Origin: Candidatus Omnitrophota bacterium
Lineage (GTDB): Bacteria > Omnitrophota > Gorgyraeia > Duberdicusellales > 4484-171
DNA length: 64,000 bases
NCBI GenBank assembly: GCA_037146775.1
Contig: JBAWWL010000007.1
Location: 65,536 to 129,535 of the forward strand
Reading direction: 5' to 3'
The notes beneath the pieces were generated by a model. That model was not told the DNA's origin, made no database searches, and saw nothing but the letters and a program-made list of their open reading frames with translations. How positions within the stretch are numbered: position 1 is the stretch's first letter; each line of letters starts with the position of its first letter. The translations under genes were made by a program, and so were the position numbers. Below, in pieces: positions 1-10,245 of this stretch.

Positions 1-85
1 TAACGGTGACGATAGAATAAAAATGTGGAAGTTGTATTTTGAATATTGTAGTGATTTATTTCTATGAAGTGAGGCAATCCTCAGT

Positions 86-448
86 ATGGGGGGTTGCTAT
101 TTTAGGTGTTTAATGCCGGTTCATGAAAAAAGATTGGAAACATTATTTAAAGGCAAACATATAAATGAAGCAACTCTTAAAAAATATAAATGGTTTGACC
201 AGGGGTCTGATAATTACCATTTTGGATTTCCAAGAAAAGAAGGATTATGGCTAATTAGGCTCGAAACAGAAGTGGGTTGTTGCTCATGGCCCATATTGTT
301 TTTGATGACTAAGAATAGGGTGATAAAAAAGATATTTACTATGGTATGTGAAAATCATAATGATGGCTCGTATGACGAAATAGAAGTACCGTTTTTTGAT
401 GTTCATATAGAACAGGCAAAATCTTTAATAGAGAAGGTTATTAAATAA
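86..448 (+). CDS. hypothetical protein
   Basis: 120-aa ORF from the track; no recognisable motifs. Confidence 0.35.
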   Translation: MGGCYFRCLMPVHEKRLETLFKGKHINEATLKKYKWFDQGSDNYHFGFPRKEGLWLIRLETEVGCCSWPILFLMTKNRVIKKIFTMVCENHNDGSYDEIEVPFFDVHIEQAKSLIEKVIK

Positions 449-532
449 GAGATAATCAGATATCGGGATTAAACACCAATTGATAAAACAAAAGGAATAA
501 TGGAACCAGACCCCAAAATTAAAAATTAACCG

Positions 533-620
533 ATGCCCGACGATTTCTTTAATTTTATGATGGAAAACGGGACATTTCGGTTAGATAAGGACGTAGTAAA
601 ATGCCTAAATTTGTTGTAAT
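533..620 (+). pseudogene. degraded copy of the dispersed zinc-ribbon mini-gene (MPDDFFNFMME...DVVKC)
   Basis: preceded by the conserved 'ccaaaattaaaaattaacc' context and an MPDD start, like the full-length copies at 6619 and 46671; diverged and truncated (28-aa ORF). Confidence 0.45.
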
Positions 621-652
621 TTCACCGACTCATATACCCGGCAAGAAAAGAT

Positions 653-1129
653 ATGCATGGGAAAATTTTAAAAAATGGTGGATATATTGCTACTTTCAGT
701 AAAATAAAAGAAGACTTATCGAATAAATCAATGAATGAAATATCAGAAATGCTTAAAAATGTTATCCCAGATAATCGAAAATCACGTGCTCAGAGGCTAA
801 AAGATTATGAAGCGTTTTTGTCACTTAATCACGGTGACTGCATTGCTGTAAATAACACAAACGATGGCTTATTTGGAATTGGAGTAATAGCTGGTAATTA
901 CTATTTCCGAAAAGACGGTCACAATACTGGCTCAACCAATCCCGAGGATTTCTACTGCCATTTTTATCCAGTCAAATGGCTTGTTACCACTTATTTAAAG
1001 AGAAATGAAATTGTAAGACAGGGCGAAAAAGGTTGGAAGCCTTATGGCATCATTGCTCCTTATTCTGATCTTCCTGGCTATATTAAAAGAATTCTTGATA
1101 AAAACGCAATAACGCTTAATGAAAAATAG
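653..1129 (+). CDS. hypothetical protein
   Basis: 158-aa ORF; no recognisable motifs. Confidence 0.45.
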   Translation: MHGKILKNGGYIATFSKIKEDLSNKSMNEISEMLKNVIPDNRKSRAQRLKDYEAFLSLNHGDCIAVNNTNDGLFGIGVIAGNYYFRKDGHNTGSTNPEDFYCHFYPVKWLVTTYLKRNEIVRQGEKGWKPYGIIAPYSDLPGYIKRILDKNAITLNEK

Positions 1130-1163
1130 TTGGTTCCGACCTCAAAATTAAAAATTAACCTAA

Positions 1164-1332
1164 TGTCCGACGATCCACTTGATGAATTCTTGGAATGCGA
1201 TTTGCAATGGGGGCAGATAGTATAAAGTGCTCGCATTGCGGCGCCAGCATCTCGCGTAGCTTGTTTTTCGACGACGATGACGAAGAAGTCGAATATCCAA
1301 AATGCAGCAAGAAAGTAGAAAATAATGACTAA
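1164..1332 (+). pseudogene. frameshifted copy of the 56-aa zinc-ribbon mini-gene
   Basis: nucleotide-level homologue of 6619..6789 and 46671..46841 (MSDDPLDEF...CSHCG...CSKK); an indel near 'gatttgcaatggggg' breaks the frame and stops translation after about 20 codons. Confidence 0.6.
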
Positions 1333-1406
1333 ATGCTTCAAGGCCCAGGTTTATAAAAAATATATGGTTTGCATTATTATATATCCATAAAAAGGAGATT
1401 TTTAAA

Positions 1407-3392
1407 ATGCTTATTAAGAAGCTTTCGAATGATGAAATATTGAAGCGTAAAATTGTGCGATTGTTAAAGAAACTAAAGCTTGAGTCTTGTCGTAATAAGA
1501 AGATTAATGTTTATGTAAATAAGGTATGTGAGATTTTTAAATTATATGATGGAGAAAAGTTAGGCTTAGAAAAACTTTACGATTATGATGATATTGTAAA
1601 CTTTGCTGATTATTTAGAATCAATTTCAGGAGATTTATTGGGCATAACTAGAGGAAAAAAGAATAGGCCTGGTAATATTGGTAAAATGCTAATTTATTTA
1701 TTCGTCTTATTATACTCTAAAAAGGTTAGCAAAGGATTTAGTATATATATGGGAATGGTTTTTCCGGAACTTGCTCAAGTTCCAAAATTAAAACAGAATC
1801 AAATAAAGCATGCTATTGAATTAATTTTGGTGCTGAGTGAATTTCAAATAGAACTTAATGAGAAATATAAAAAAATAGATAACTTTTCAGTGGAGTTGTT
1901 TAGCGAGATGGCTGGGAAAAGTTTACGCTTTATCATCGAATATTTTATCCAAAACAACAGCTTTGAAGATTGGAAAAAGTATTTTACGATTAAAGAGAAA
2001 AACTGTATTTGCGAAAAAAACTTTCGAAGGTTGAAATTTATTTTGAATTTGCTTGCAACGGGAGCGCTATTGCAACAGAAGCATTATGGTTTACTTGGTT
2101 CAGAAGCTCAGAAGCCAGTCGAGTATTTTTCCAATGTTGCTTTATTGGCAAGAAGTATTTTAGAACTCAAGGACATTAATAGCGCAAGCATACTATATCA
2201 TTCCGTTCATGACGCTATAGCGAATCATAGGGTTTCAGTGGAAAATATAGCCGAATTAGCCACGCTGTGCATCGGTGGACCAGAAAGAGAACCCGTTAGG
2301 CAAATACTACGGATTTATTTTAATTCCAAGGAAAAAACTTTTCTTAGCCAAGTTTTCATGCCAGTTGTTAGCGGAGAACTTAAGATGGATGTTTTTTTAA
2401 ATTTCTTTGGTGATACGCTACTATGCCACTCAATATTAAAAGCAGAAGTTTTGCAGGATTTGCTGAGCTATCTCGAAGAGAAGGGGATATGTAACGAGTA
2501 TTATGATTATTTGTGCAATCTTCTAGGTAAGCAACCAAAGAGTTTATCTAATAATATTGGAATGATTCTGAAGGATTCTTGCAGCGATGAAGAGAAAAAC
2601 CGTAAATTATTTATGATAAAAGGTAATAGAAATATCATGAATTTTCTCGCTATATTTCAAGAGAGCGAATGTAAGAATTATGATGACCATTTTAGCAATA
2701 CCTATTTAGTGAGATGGTTGGCTAATCAACTGCTTAATGATTTTATCGAACCCTCTAGCGATTTCAAAAATTTGATTTTAGATAAAAATATCTTGAAAGT
2801 ATTCAAAGAAACTATAAAGATCAAAAGTATGGAAGCGACAGAACTGATTAAGGCCAATATACAAAAAGACACGGAAGTTCAAGATAAAAGCAGAACTATC
2901 GGATGTTTATCTAAAGAATTGGAAGCCTTAAAATTTAAAAATAATGAAATTTCTAAGGAAAATAACAATTATGTTGAACTTTTAAAACAATTCGAAGAAA
3001 AGTTAAATATGCAGGAAAATAGATATAGGGAAGATTTAGAAGCGCTGAAGAAAAGTTATCGTATAAACGAAAATAGAAATAGCGAAGCAGCCAGACATGC
3101 CTTATTGATGCGTCTAATAAGAATCTCAGATAGGTTTAATGCGATGAAGAATGATAAGGCGAATATAAATTTAAGTTCTATTATGGTTTTGCTTGATGAG
3201 GAACTTGCTAATGAAAATATAGAATCATTTGGCGAAATAGGAGAAGAAATAGTATTTGATGAAAAAATTCATACTCCGGTTGAGGTATCTCGTTCGGAAT
3301 ACTATCTAGGGAAGTATGTGGTTATCCTTGAAAGAGGTTACATACTTAAGAGTGGAGAAGTAATTAAAAAAGCTATTGTTAAGCCGTTATAG
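1407..3392 (+). CDS. large alpha-helical protein with a C-terminal GrpE-like nucleotide-exchange-factor domain
   Basis: C-terminal approx. 150 aa has a coiled-coil helix (ARHALLMRLIRISDRFNAMK) followed by 'GEEIVFDEKIHTPVEV...GKYVVILERGYILKSGEVIKKAIVKP', which matches the GrpE beta-domain signature (F-D-P/E..H.AV...V..v..GY.l...viR.A.V); approx. 500-aa N-terminal extension of unknown function; stop is 2 nt before the next gene start. Confidence 0.6.
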   Translation: MLIKKLSNDEILKRKIVRLLKKLKLESCRNKKINVYVNKVCEIFKLYDGEKLGLEKLYDYDDIVNFADYLESISGDLLGITRGKKNRPGNIGKMLIYLFVLLYSKKVSKGFSIYMGMVFPELAQVPKLKQNQIKHAIELILVLSEFQIELNEKYKKIDNFSVELFSEMAGKSLRFIIEYFIQNNSFEDWKKYFTIKEKNCICEKNFRRLKFILNLLATGALLQQKHYGLLGSEAQKPVEYFSNVALLARSILELKDINSASILYHSVHDAIANHRVSVENIAELATLCIGGPEREPVRQILRIYFNSKEKTFLSQVFMPVVSGELKMDVFLNFFGDTLLCHSILKAEVLQDLLSYLEEKGICNEYYDYLCNLLGKQPKSLSNNIGMILKDSCSDEEKNRKLFMIKGNRNIMNFLAIFQESECKNYDDHFSNTYLVRWLANQLLNDFIEPSSDFKNLILDKNILKVFKETIKIKSMEATELIKANIQKDTEVQDKSRTIGCLSKELEALKFKNNEISKENNNYVELLKQFEEKLNMQENRYREDLEALKKSYRINENRNSEAARHALLMRLIRISDRFNAMKNDKANINLSSIMVLLDEELANENIESFGEIGEEIVFDEKIHTPVEVSRSEYYLGKYVVILERGYILKSGEVIKKAIVKPL

Positions 3393-3394
3393 GT

Positions 3395-5377
3395 GTGATG
3401 TTGATGAAAAATATTTTCCTAGAATTATTGAAATGGGTAAAGAGTTTCTTAGATGGGGTGATAAAGTATCTAGAGAAACCCGCGGCAAATGCTGTTAGAT
3501 ATAATAATGATAGAATGAAGAAGGATTCGTTTCGGAAGGTAACGAACGAAAACGATATTGGTAGCGAGATTAATTCGGAGGTGGTAACGATGAGTTATCA
3601 TGAAAATAGAACAGAAGATATTGTTGGATTGAAAACTAATTTTGACCACGTCACGAAATATCCAGAAGCATCGAAAGTAAACACAAGTGTTTTAGAAAAT
3701 GAGAAAATATATAAAGCAATCGACTATGAGAATTATCTTTTTGGAATAGATCTCGGAACATCAAGTACCAAGATATCTTATAATAAGGGGAGAGGTGGAG
3801 AGCATACCGTGATTAAAATTGGTAAGAATGGTTTTGATTTCCAAATGCCATCGCTAGTATATTCTAAAAACGGGGAGATAAAAGTTGGTGAGGACATAGA
3901 GTTTTTTGAAGAGACAGAACGTAGTCGCCACATCAAGTTGAAGCTAGGGATGATAAATAAACTTTCCGAGCAAGAAAAGAGGGAAGTCTCAGATGTGCTC
4001 ACTGAAATATTTAAGGAGGTTATAAAAAGAGTATCCAACTCGAGAGAGTTTAGTGGTTTGGAACCAGGGAAAATGAGCGTTAATATAAGCACTTCCTCAA
4101 CTTTTGACCTTGAAGCGAGACAGTTGTTTCTTGCTTCTGCTCAAAGTGCAGGGCTAACTAAAGTTAGTTTTGACAACGTTGTAGAGGAACCTATCGCCGC
4201 AGGATTGGCATATATAGAGACATATAATCCCACCAGAGAGCCATTATATATTCTAGTTTGTGATTATGGAGGAGGAACATTCGATTGTAGCCTTATTTCT
4301 ATAAGGACAAGAGTTAAAGGGGAAAACGAAGTAAAGGAAGTGAATGTGTTGGCTACCGCAGGAGTATTAAACTGCGGAGGAGTCGCGATTGACTCTTTAT
4401 TATATAAGTATTTTTTGGCGCAACTCAATTTAGAAGAAAAATCGATAGATACATATAAGCGGTTGCGTTTATTAAAAGAGACAGAAGAAATAAAAAAGGC
4501 CCTTTCAACGAAGGAAATTGTCGAAAAGAATGTATCCGATATTATCAATAGTGATAATAAAAAAATAGTTTGCGAGAGGGCTGTTCTTGATAGAATAATT
4601 GACGAAACGCAAATCCTAAATAATTCATTAAAGGCTATCGAGTGGGTTATAAGAGTTGGCGTAAGTTCAAACAATCTGGAAATAGCAGATTATGATGTTT
4701 TTCATCCGAGTCTAGAAGAAAAGATTCCGTCTAACATCAAGATCTTATTTGTGGGCGGTACGAGCAATATACCATACATAAAGGAAATTATTCAAAGAAA
4801 ACTTAACTTGGCAGATAATAAAGTGATTACTAAAGATGAATTTCCTCGAGATCCTATAGAGGCAGTTGTATTAGGGGATTCATACAGCCGTGCCTTCGGG
4901 GGTATTAACTTGAATCGACCGCCATATCGAATTATATTAGAAATAAACGATAAAATGTATCAAATCCAGGAATGTTTCGAAGGGTTTCTTACTTACAAAA
5001 TGGGTCAGTCAAACAATAATTTTGCTAATTTAGCTATTAAAAGATGGCAAGATTATTTTAGTGGAAAAATAAGTGTTAGGGTTTATTTTTGTGATCATGC
5101 GAATCGACGTTATAAATTTTTTAAAGAACAAGGTGCTTATTGGCAATCAAAAGAGGAAGATAAATTTGATATACTAGAAGATAGGCAATGTAGAATAGAA
5201 ATAGTGCGGAGTATTGATGGTAAAATCATAGTTCGGGTAATTCCGCAAGACGGAGCGTCACGTAACATATGTAGTTATGCTTCTCCTTGGTGTACTGATA
5301 ACGACTTGTCTAATCTATCTACATGGTTTTTTTCGTATAATATTAATTGGCAAGGGAGAAATGATGAACCGGGATAA
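3395..5377 (+). CDS. divergent Hsp70-family (actin-like) ATPase lacking a canonical substrate-binding domain
   Basis: Hsp70 NBD motifs: FGIDLGTSSTKISY (phosphate 1), LVCDYGGGTFDCSLISI (phosphate 2), ILFVGGTSNIPYIKEII (adenosine/connect 2); non-Hsp70 N-terminal approx. 110 aa and C-terminal approx. 170 aa. Confidence 0.75.
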   Translation: MMLMKNIFLELLKWVKSFLDGVIKYLEKPAANAVRYNNDRMKKDSFRKVTNENDIGSEINSEVVTMSYHENRTEDIVGLKTNFDHVTKYPEASKVNTSVLENEKIYKAIDYENYLFGIDLGTSSTKISYNKGRGGEHTVIKIGKNGFDFQMPSLVYSKNGEIKVGEDIEFFEETERSRHIKLKLGMINKLSEQEKREVSDVLTEIFKEVIKRVSNSREFSGLEPGKMSVNISTSSTFDLEARQLFLASAQSAGLTKVSFDNVVEEPIAAGLAYIETYNPTREPLYILVCDYGGGTFDCSLISIRTRVKGENEVKEVNVLATAGVLNCGGVAIDSLLYKYFLAQLNLEEKSIDTYKRLRLLKETEEIKKALSTKEIVEKNVSDIINSDNKKIVCERAVLDRIIDETQILNNSLKAIEWVIRVGVSSNNLEIADYDVFHPSLEEKIPSNIKILFVGGTSNIPYIKEIIQRKLNLADNKVITKDEFPRDPIEAVVLGDSYSRAFGGINLNRPPYRIILEINDKMYQIQECFEGFLTYKMGQSNNNFANLAIKRWQDYFSGKISVRVYFCDHANRRYKFFKEQGAYWQSKEEDKFDILEDRQCRIEIVRSIDGKIIVRVIPQDGASRNICSYASPWCTDNDLSNLSTWFFSYNINWQGRNDEPG

Positions 5378-5675
5378 ATAAAATAACGGGGTTCAGGCTT
5401 TGAATATTGAATTTAATTGACAATAGGGAAAAAACGGGTCCTATTGAAGGTGGAAAAGAGGGGTATTCGAAATGGAAGATTAGACTGACAAAAGGATCAA
5501 GGCCAGAGCAAATATAAAATTAATTAGCTGCAATTATAAATATGAGAGAAACGGTGTCGCAAACTAAATGGCAGTCGTGATTATGTGGCCGGAAAGCAAG
5601 TGGAAAGGATAGGAAATATTTTAGTGTTAGCGTAATGAGATAAATTTTTAAATTATTAATTTCTAAATTACTTTT

Positions 5676-6575
5676 ATGGATTATCAGAGAATATTGAAGA
5701 AAGAATTGCTTGAAAAATTAAAAAGATATTTTGAATTAGGGGACCAGCTTTGTCGAATTCAGGCCGAAGATGGGTTTATAGCGTCTTTATCCCTCGAAGA
5801 AAAAGAAGTATTCTTCGATCCGCCCGAAGTAGAATGTTCTGATGAGGCCTTGCCGGGTGATAGGGAGGAAATACCGGAAGAAATAGAAAAGCAGTTTGAA
5901 GAGAGTAAGAAGACGCTCAATTTTACATTTTTAGGTATCCCTAATCAACATAAAAAGTTGCTTGATGAATTTCTTATTCTTCAGAATGAAATTAGTTGCT
6001 TGATGGTTGAATGTAAATATTATCCTCTCACAGGAATTGACGATAAAAGTTTTGAATTATTAAGGAGAAAAACTCCTGCCCAAGAGATTAACATTAGTGA
6101 AGCAATACCGTCAGAGGATAGTATAGAAAAGTTTCTCGAAGAGAGAATGATTACGGAAGCTGAAGAAGTAAAAAAGCGCATAAAAAGTATTGCTCCTTTA
6201 TTTTTAGATTTTCAAATAGATCCAACAACGCTTTATTTCTATCAACAAGTTTTACGGTGTTATACCTATGGAATGTTTGAAGCCAGTTGCGTTTTAGGTC
6301 GAGCGATCACGGAAACTATCGCAAAGAAGTATATTAGGTATAAAGATTATGGTCATTTACTGGTGGATAAGGATAAGGAAAATAAGACCATGTCTGTGCA
6401 GGCTATACTTAAAAATATTTTGGCCATCGACACAGATATTGTCTCACTGTACAGTAAAATTGGGAATATAGCCGATAATATATTACACAGAAAAGATATG
6501 GTTAATGAAGAGAGGACTTTTGAGGTAATAAAATTATTGCAAGAATTTTTGAAACAATTTCCAAAGTCAATATAA
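5676..6575 (+). CDS. hypothetical protein (third gene of the Hsp70-like/GrpE-like cassette)
   Basis: 299-aa ORF, acidic and helical; no known motifs. Confidence 0.5.
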   Translation: MDYQRILKKELLEKLKRYFELGDQLCRIQAEDGFIASLSLEEKEVFFDPPEVECSDEALPGDREEIPEEIEKQFEESKKTLNFTFLGIPNQHKKLLDEFLILQNEISCLMVECKYYPLTGIDDKSFELLRRKTPAQEINISEAIPSEDSIEKFLEERMITEAEEVKKRIKSIAPLFLDFQIDPTTLYFYQQVLRCYTYGMFEASCVLGRAITETIAKKYIRYKDYGHLLVDKDKENKTMSVQAILKNILAIDTDIVSLYSKIGNIADNILHRKDMVNEERTFEVIKLLQEFLKQFPKSI

Positions 6576-6618
6576 GCAACGGGAAAATGGATTAAGGCCT
6601 CGAAATTAGAAATTACCA

Positions 6619-6789
6619 ATGCCCGACGATCCGCTTGATGATTTTTTAGGATACGATTTCGCGATGGGGACAGATAGCGTAAAGTGCCCGCATTGCGGTC
6701 ATAGTATATCGCGCAGCCTCTTTTTCGACAACGATGACGACGAAATCACATGCCCCAAGTGCGGCAAGAAAGTAGAAGGTAATGAATAA
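6619..6789 (+). CDS. 56-aa zinc-ribbon mini-protein (MPDDPLDDFLGYDFAMGTDSVKCPHCGHSISRSLFFDNDDDEITCPKCGKKVEGNE)
   Basis: two CxxCG pairs; conserved upstream 'gaaattagaaattacca' context; paralogue intact at 46671..46841; below the 60-aa cutoff of the ORF track. Confidence 0.6.
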   Translation: MPDDPLDDFLGYDFAMGTDSVKCPHCGHSISRSLFFDNDDDEITCPKCGKKVEGNE

Positions 6790-7009
6790 GAACCAATTAA
6801 TAATTAGCTGCCTGGTTACACTAATTTTTACTTATACCGCTTTTGCCCAACAGTCAAGTCCTCCAGAAAGCTCACAGTCGGAGAAAGTATCTATCCGAAC
6901 ATACCAATTATAAGGCATTCTTTATTCTGAAACCAATCCTTCCGTAATCATCGGTGGAGCAATCTATGAACCTAACGATAGTGTAGAAGGGTATACTATT
7001 ATAAATATT

Positions 7010-7690
7010 TTGCCTACCAAAGTTATAATTAAATCTCAAGAAGGATTGAAAAGCTATGTAGTAGGAGAAACTATATTTAAGAGGGCTGAAAAAGTTCCTC
7101 CAGAAAAGTTAAAGGTAAATAAAGCCAGCGCAAAAACGAATGAAAATCAAAAAGAAGTTTTGCAGAAAGAAACTATTCGTACGGGAGACTCCAAAGACCG
7201 CGCCAAGCATTACATTCAAGCAAAAGAATATGTTTCTTCTGCTAACGTAAGTATTCAACAAGCAGAATTATTTTCTTCTTTCGTGAATATCAGATTTCAA
7301 GGATTAAATGATTATTTCCTTTGGGCGCTTAATCATCTTAGTAAAGTAAAGCAAATTGATTCTCGCAATAATCATTATCTCAGTGATGCCAAAGAAGATG
7401 TCTTGAAGAGTTTCAAAGAATTAGAAACTTTGGTAGAGGAACAAATGGAAAATGTAGTAAAAGAATTTCGGTTATCTCGCGATTCTTATCAAAAGGCAGT
7501 ACTTGAGGCTCAGTATTCCAGAGAAACAGATCTTTTAGACGCAAACGAGAATAACGAGATGCTTTATGTCATTACTAAAGGCAGAGAAATGGAATTATTC
7601 GTCGACGGCAAGAAGAATGAATATGGACGTAAAATAGATAGTATGCATGAAGATATTAAGCAGATGTTACATCGATTGGAATATCCATAG
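7010..7690 (+). CDS. hypothetical protein; the frame stays open upstream to approx. 6914
   Basis: 226-aa ORF (TTG start at 7010); the in-frame upstream stretch '...VIIGGAIYEPNDSVEGYTIINILPTK' looks like genuine coding sequence but has no ATG, so the true start is uncertain. Confidence 0.45.
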   Translation: MPTKVIIKSQEGLKSYVVGETIFKRAEKVPPEKLKVNKASAKTNENQKEVLQKETIRTGDSKDRAKHYIQAKEYVSSANVSIQQAELFSSFVNIRFQGLNDYFLWALNHLSKVKQIDSRNNHYLSDAKEDVLKSFKELETLVEEQMENVVKEFRLSRDSYQKAVLEAQYSRETDLLDANENNEMLYVITKGREMELFVDGKKNEYGRKIDSMHEDIKQMLHRLEYP

Positions 7691-8606
7691 AGATTTTATG
7701 GTCTTCCCCCTAAACAATGAACATAACGGAGAGTTGATACCTGTAGAGCAATTGGTAACTCTATCCCCGAGCCAAAAACGATTGTATTTACTGCCAATTT
7801 GCTAGAAATCCAAGCCTGTCAAAAGACTAAATTCAGAATACCCTAATAAAATCTCCTAGAACTATTATCTGTCCTCAAAATATCTTCATTTCCAAGTACT
7901 TTTTTATCTTTTTAAACCTTCCAAGAAAATAATTTTTTTTCTCTCTATTCCTAACCCCTTGTGCATAAAGAGATTGTAAATTTTCGGATAATTCAAGGTA
8001 AATAAGAATTTCATTTGATGGCTACCATAAACCTTTGCGTAAGAATGAATTATAAAAATTTTAATTTTTTTTCTGAAAATGGTCAAAAAGTTTATATAAC
8101 GTAATTGAGGGGACATGAATTGTCTATTTACAAAATTTACTGTCTTAAAATTAAAAAAATCCTTATTTTTCAATGGTTTTTTAAATAAAATAATTAAAAA
8201 GCATTGAAAAATATAGCTTTTATATTTTTATTGGCCTGAAAATTGCTAATTTTTAAAAAAATAATCATGCAAAAATGCAGTAAAATCAATGGTTTTCAAC
8301 TTTCTTTGAAAGGGGTATACCTTTTTTTCAAAGATAAACTTATATATATTATAGATGGGGCAGATTCTCTAAAAAATGGGCGTCTGCAAAAATTAACCAA
8401 AAACACATTTAATTGCAATAAAGGAGGTAAGGCATGTAAAACTATCAAGTATTAAGGGGGATTATGTCCTATTAACCGGGCTCAGAATACTTTAAGGGGG
8501 TGGTAAAGGTGTATTAAAATTGCAACAAGTACGATGGGGAGCAGATTAATAACAACTTTTCTATGTCTGGTGGCTAAAAAATATTATCAAACGAGGAGGT
8601 TAATTT

Positions 8607-8966
8607 ATGAAAGTTACCAAGAAGATAACCGAGAGTGGTATTCGTTTATGGCTTTTATGCTTTACAAAAAAAGAGGTTAATTACGATGGGTATAAAAGAA
8701 TAGCTATCTTTTTGAAAGTTGTTGAGAATATTTTTACTAAAGAATTACTTAAAAGAACCAAAGAAAAAATAGTCCTGCCCGGTTTTGAATTTTATCCTTT
8801 CAGTATTGATTATGACATGCTTAAGAAGCGTGATAGTGGCGGATTATGCTTACACATAGCAACAATAAGCTATCAGAACGAAATTTATAGCGTAACTGGG
8901 AAGATTGCGACTGAGAAAGGTGATTTGATGGGGGATATTAGATTAGGGTATGTGCCAAAGCATTAA
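8607..8966 (+). CDS. hypothetical protein
   Basis: 119-aa ORF, the first after an approx. 900-bp AT-rich gap; RBS 'gaggagg' upstream. Confidence 0.4.
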   Translation: MKVTKKITESGIRLWLLCFTKKEVNYDGYKRIAIFLKVVENIFTKELLKRTKEKIVLPGFEFYPFSIDYDMLKKRDSGGLCLHIATISYQNEIYSVTGKIATEKGDLMGDIRLGYVPKH

Positions 8967-8992
8967 TAAAAATTAAACTGTAGGAGGAAAAA

Positions 8993-10243
8993 ATGAAAGT
9001 AGAAAAAATCAAAATTAATCAAATCAATCCAGCACCATATAATCCAAGGGTTATGGAGAGTGTGGAATTCGAGAAACTTAAACAAAGCATAGTTACCTTT
9101 GGTTTTCAGGACCCGATAATATGGAATCAGGAAACTGGATACGCGGTTGGCGGAAACATGAGATTAAGAGCCTTGATTGACTTAGGCTTTAAAGAGGTAG
9201 ATGTAGTCGTAGTTAATTTATCGCTAGCAAAAGAAAAATTATTTAATATCGCTCTGAACAAAATCTCCGGGAAGTTTGATTTAGAAAAGCTAGCTCCTCT
9301 GCTAGAAGAGCTATCGAAAATGCCGGATATCAATTTTGAATTAAGCGGGTTCGACGTCCCCGAATTGTCAGAGATTCTCGATCGTTACAATGAAGCAAAA
9401 GAAGATGATTTTGATACAGAGAAAGTAGTTGAGTCAATTGTTGAGCCGGTCACTAGAAGAGGAGATATCATTGAGTTAGGGAATCACATCGTTCTCTGCG
9501 GTGATGCTTCTAACCCTGAAGATTTAAATCTGCTAATGGGTACTCATTCGGCAGACATGTTGGATGTAGATGTACCCTACAATGTTTCGTACATGGGAGG
9601 AGACCGCCCAAATTCGAATACCCGTCCGAAGAAATCGCGGCAATGGGAAAAAATCTATTCTGATGATATGCCACAGCCGGAATATGAAGCCTGGATGCGT
9701 AAAGTATTTGGAAACGTTAAAGAGCATCTTAAGCTAGGTGCCGCGGCATATTTTTGGCAAGGTCACCGCCAGATATCTCCAATGTATCAGATTTTGCTTG
9801 AGCTTGGGTTTCACATCTCTTCGATCATATGTTGGCTGAAGGAATCAGCGGCCATCTCATATGGCGACTACTCATTTAGGAGCGAGCATGCGCTGTATGG
9901 CTGGTTAGAGGGTGCGCCGCATTACTTCGCGGGAAAACCCGGCTGTAGCAATGTCTGGGAAGTCAATCGCGATCCGACTAAGCAATATATTCATCCAACC
10001 CAGAAACCAGTAGAATTAGCAGCCATAGCCATACGTAACAGTTCTAAAATAGGAGGCATTGTCTTAGATTGTTGTATCGGCGGAGGCGGTGTATTGATAG
10101 CCGCAGAAAGCCTTAATCGCAGATGTTTCGGTATGGAGATCTCCCCTAAGTATTGCGATGCTCTCACACTCCGCTATATCGCCTATGTGGGGCAAGATAA
10201 GGTTTCCGAGGAGATTAAGCGTAAATACTCGAAGGGGGTATAG
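8993..10243 (+). CDS. ParB-like nuclease domain fused to an N6-adenine/N4-cytosine DNA methyltransferase (phage or plasmid type)
   Basis: N-terminus 'INPAPYNPR...VGGNMRLRAL' (ParB/Srx fold); 'DVDVPYNVSY' (DPPY-like motif IV); 'HPTQKPVELAAIAI...VLDCCIGGGG' (MTase motif I/X). Confidence 0.85.
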   Translation: MKVEKIKINQINPAPYNPRVMESVEFEKLKQSIVTFGFQDPIIWNQETGYAVGGNMRLRALIDLGFKEVDVVVVNLSLAKEKLFNIALNKISGKFDLEKLAPLLEELSKMPDINFELSGFDVPELSEILDRYNEAKEDDFDTEKVVESIVEPVTRRGDIIELGNHIVLCGDASNPEDLNLLMGTHSADMLDVDVPYNVSYMGGDRPNSNTRPKKSRQWEKIYSDDMPQPEYEAWMRKVFGNVKEHLKLGAAAYFWQGHRQISPMYQILLELGFHISSIICWLKESAAISYGDYSFRSEHALYGWLEGAPHYFAGKPGCSNVWEVNRDPTKQYIHPTQKPVELAAIAIRNSSKIGGIVLDCCIGGGGVLIAAESLNRRCFGMEISPKYCDALTLRYIAYVGQDKVSEEIKRKYSKGV

Positions 10244-10245
10244 TC

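Noticed and set aside
1078-1341. Minus-strand 87-aa ORF from the track
   Set aside because: It is the reverse complement of the frameshifted zinc-ribbon mini-gene copy, so it is a shadow ORF.
3778-4674. Minus-strand ORFs 3778..4092 and 4264..4674 inside the Hsp70-like gene. Similar antisense ORFs occur elsewhere (9127..9333, 42147..42533, 46152..46451, 47148..47606, 60549..60743, 61377..61739)
   Set aside because: They are fully embedded antisense to strongly supported genes. Their composition is low-complexity, Ser/Leu/Ile-rich and typical of shadow frames in AT-rich DNA.
7904-8455. ORFs 7904..8173 (-) and 8243..8455 (+) in the 900-bp AT-rich gap
   Set aside because: They are extremely AT-rich and low-complexity with no RBS. 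The region is better explained as a non-coding or promoter gap preceding the phage-like block.
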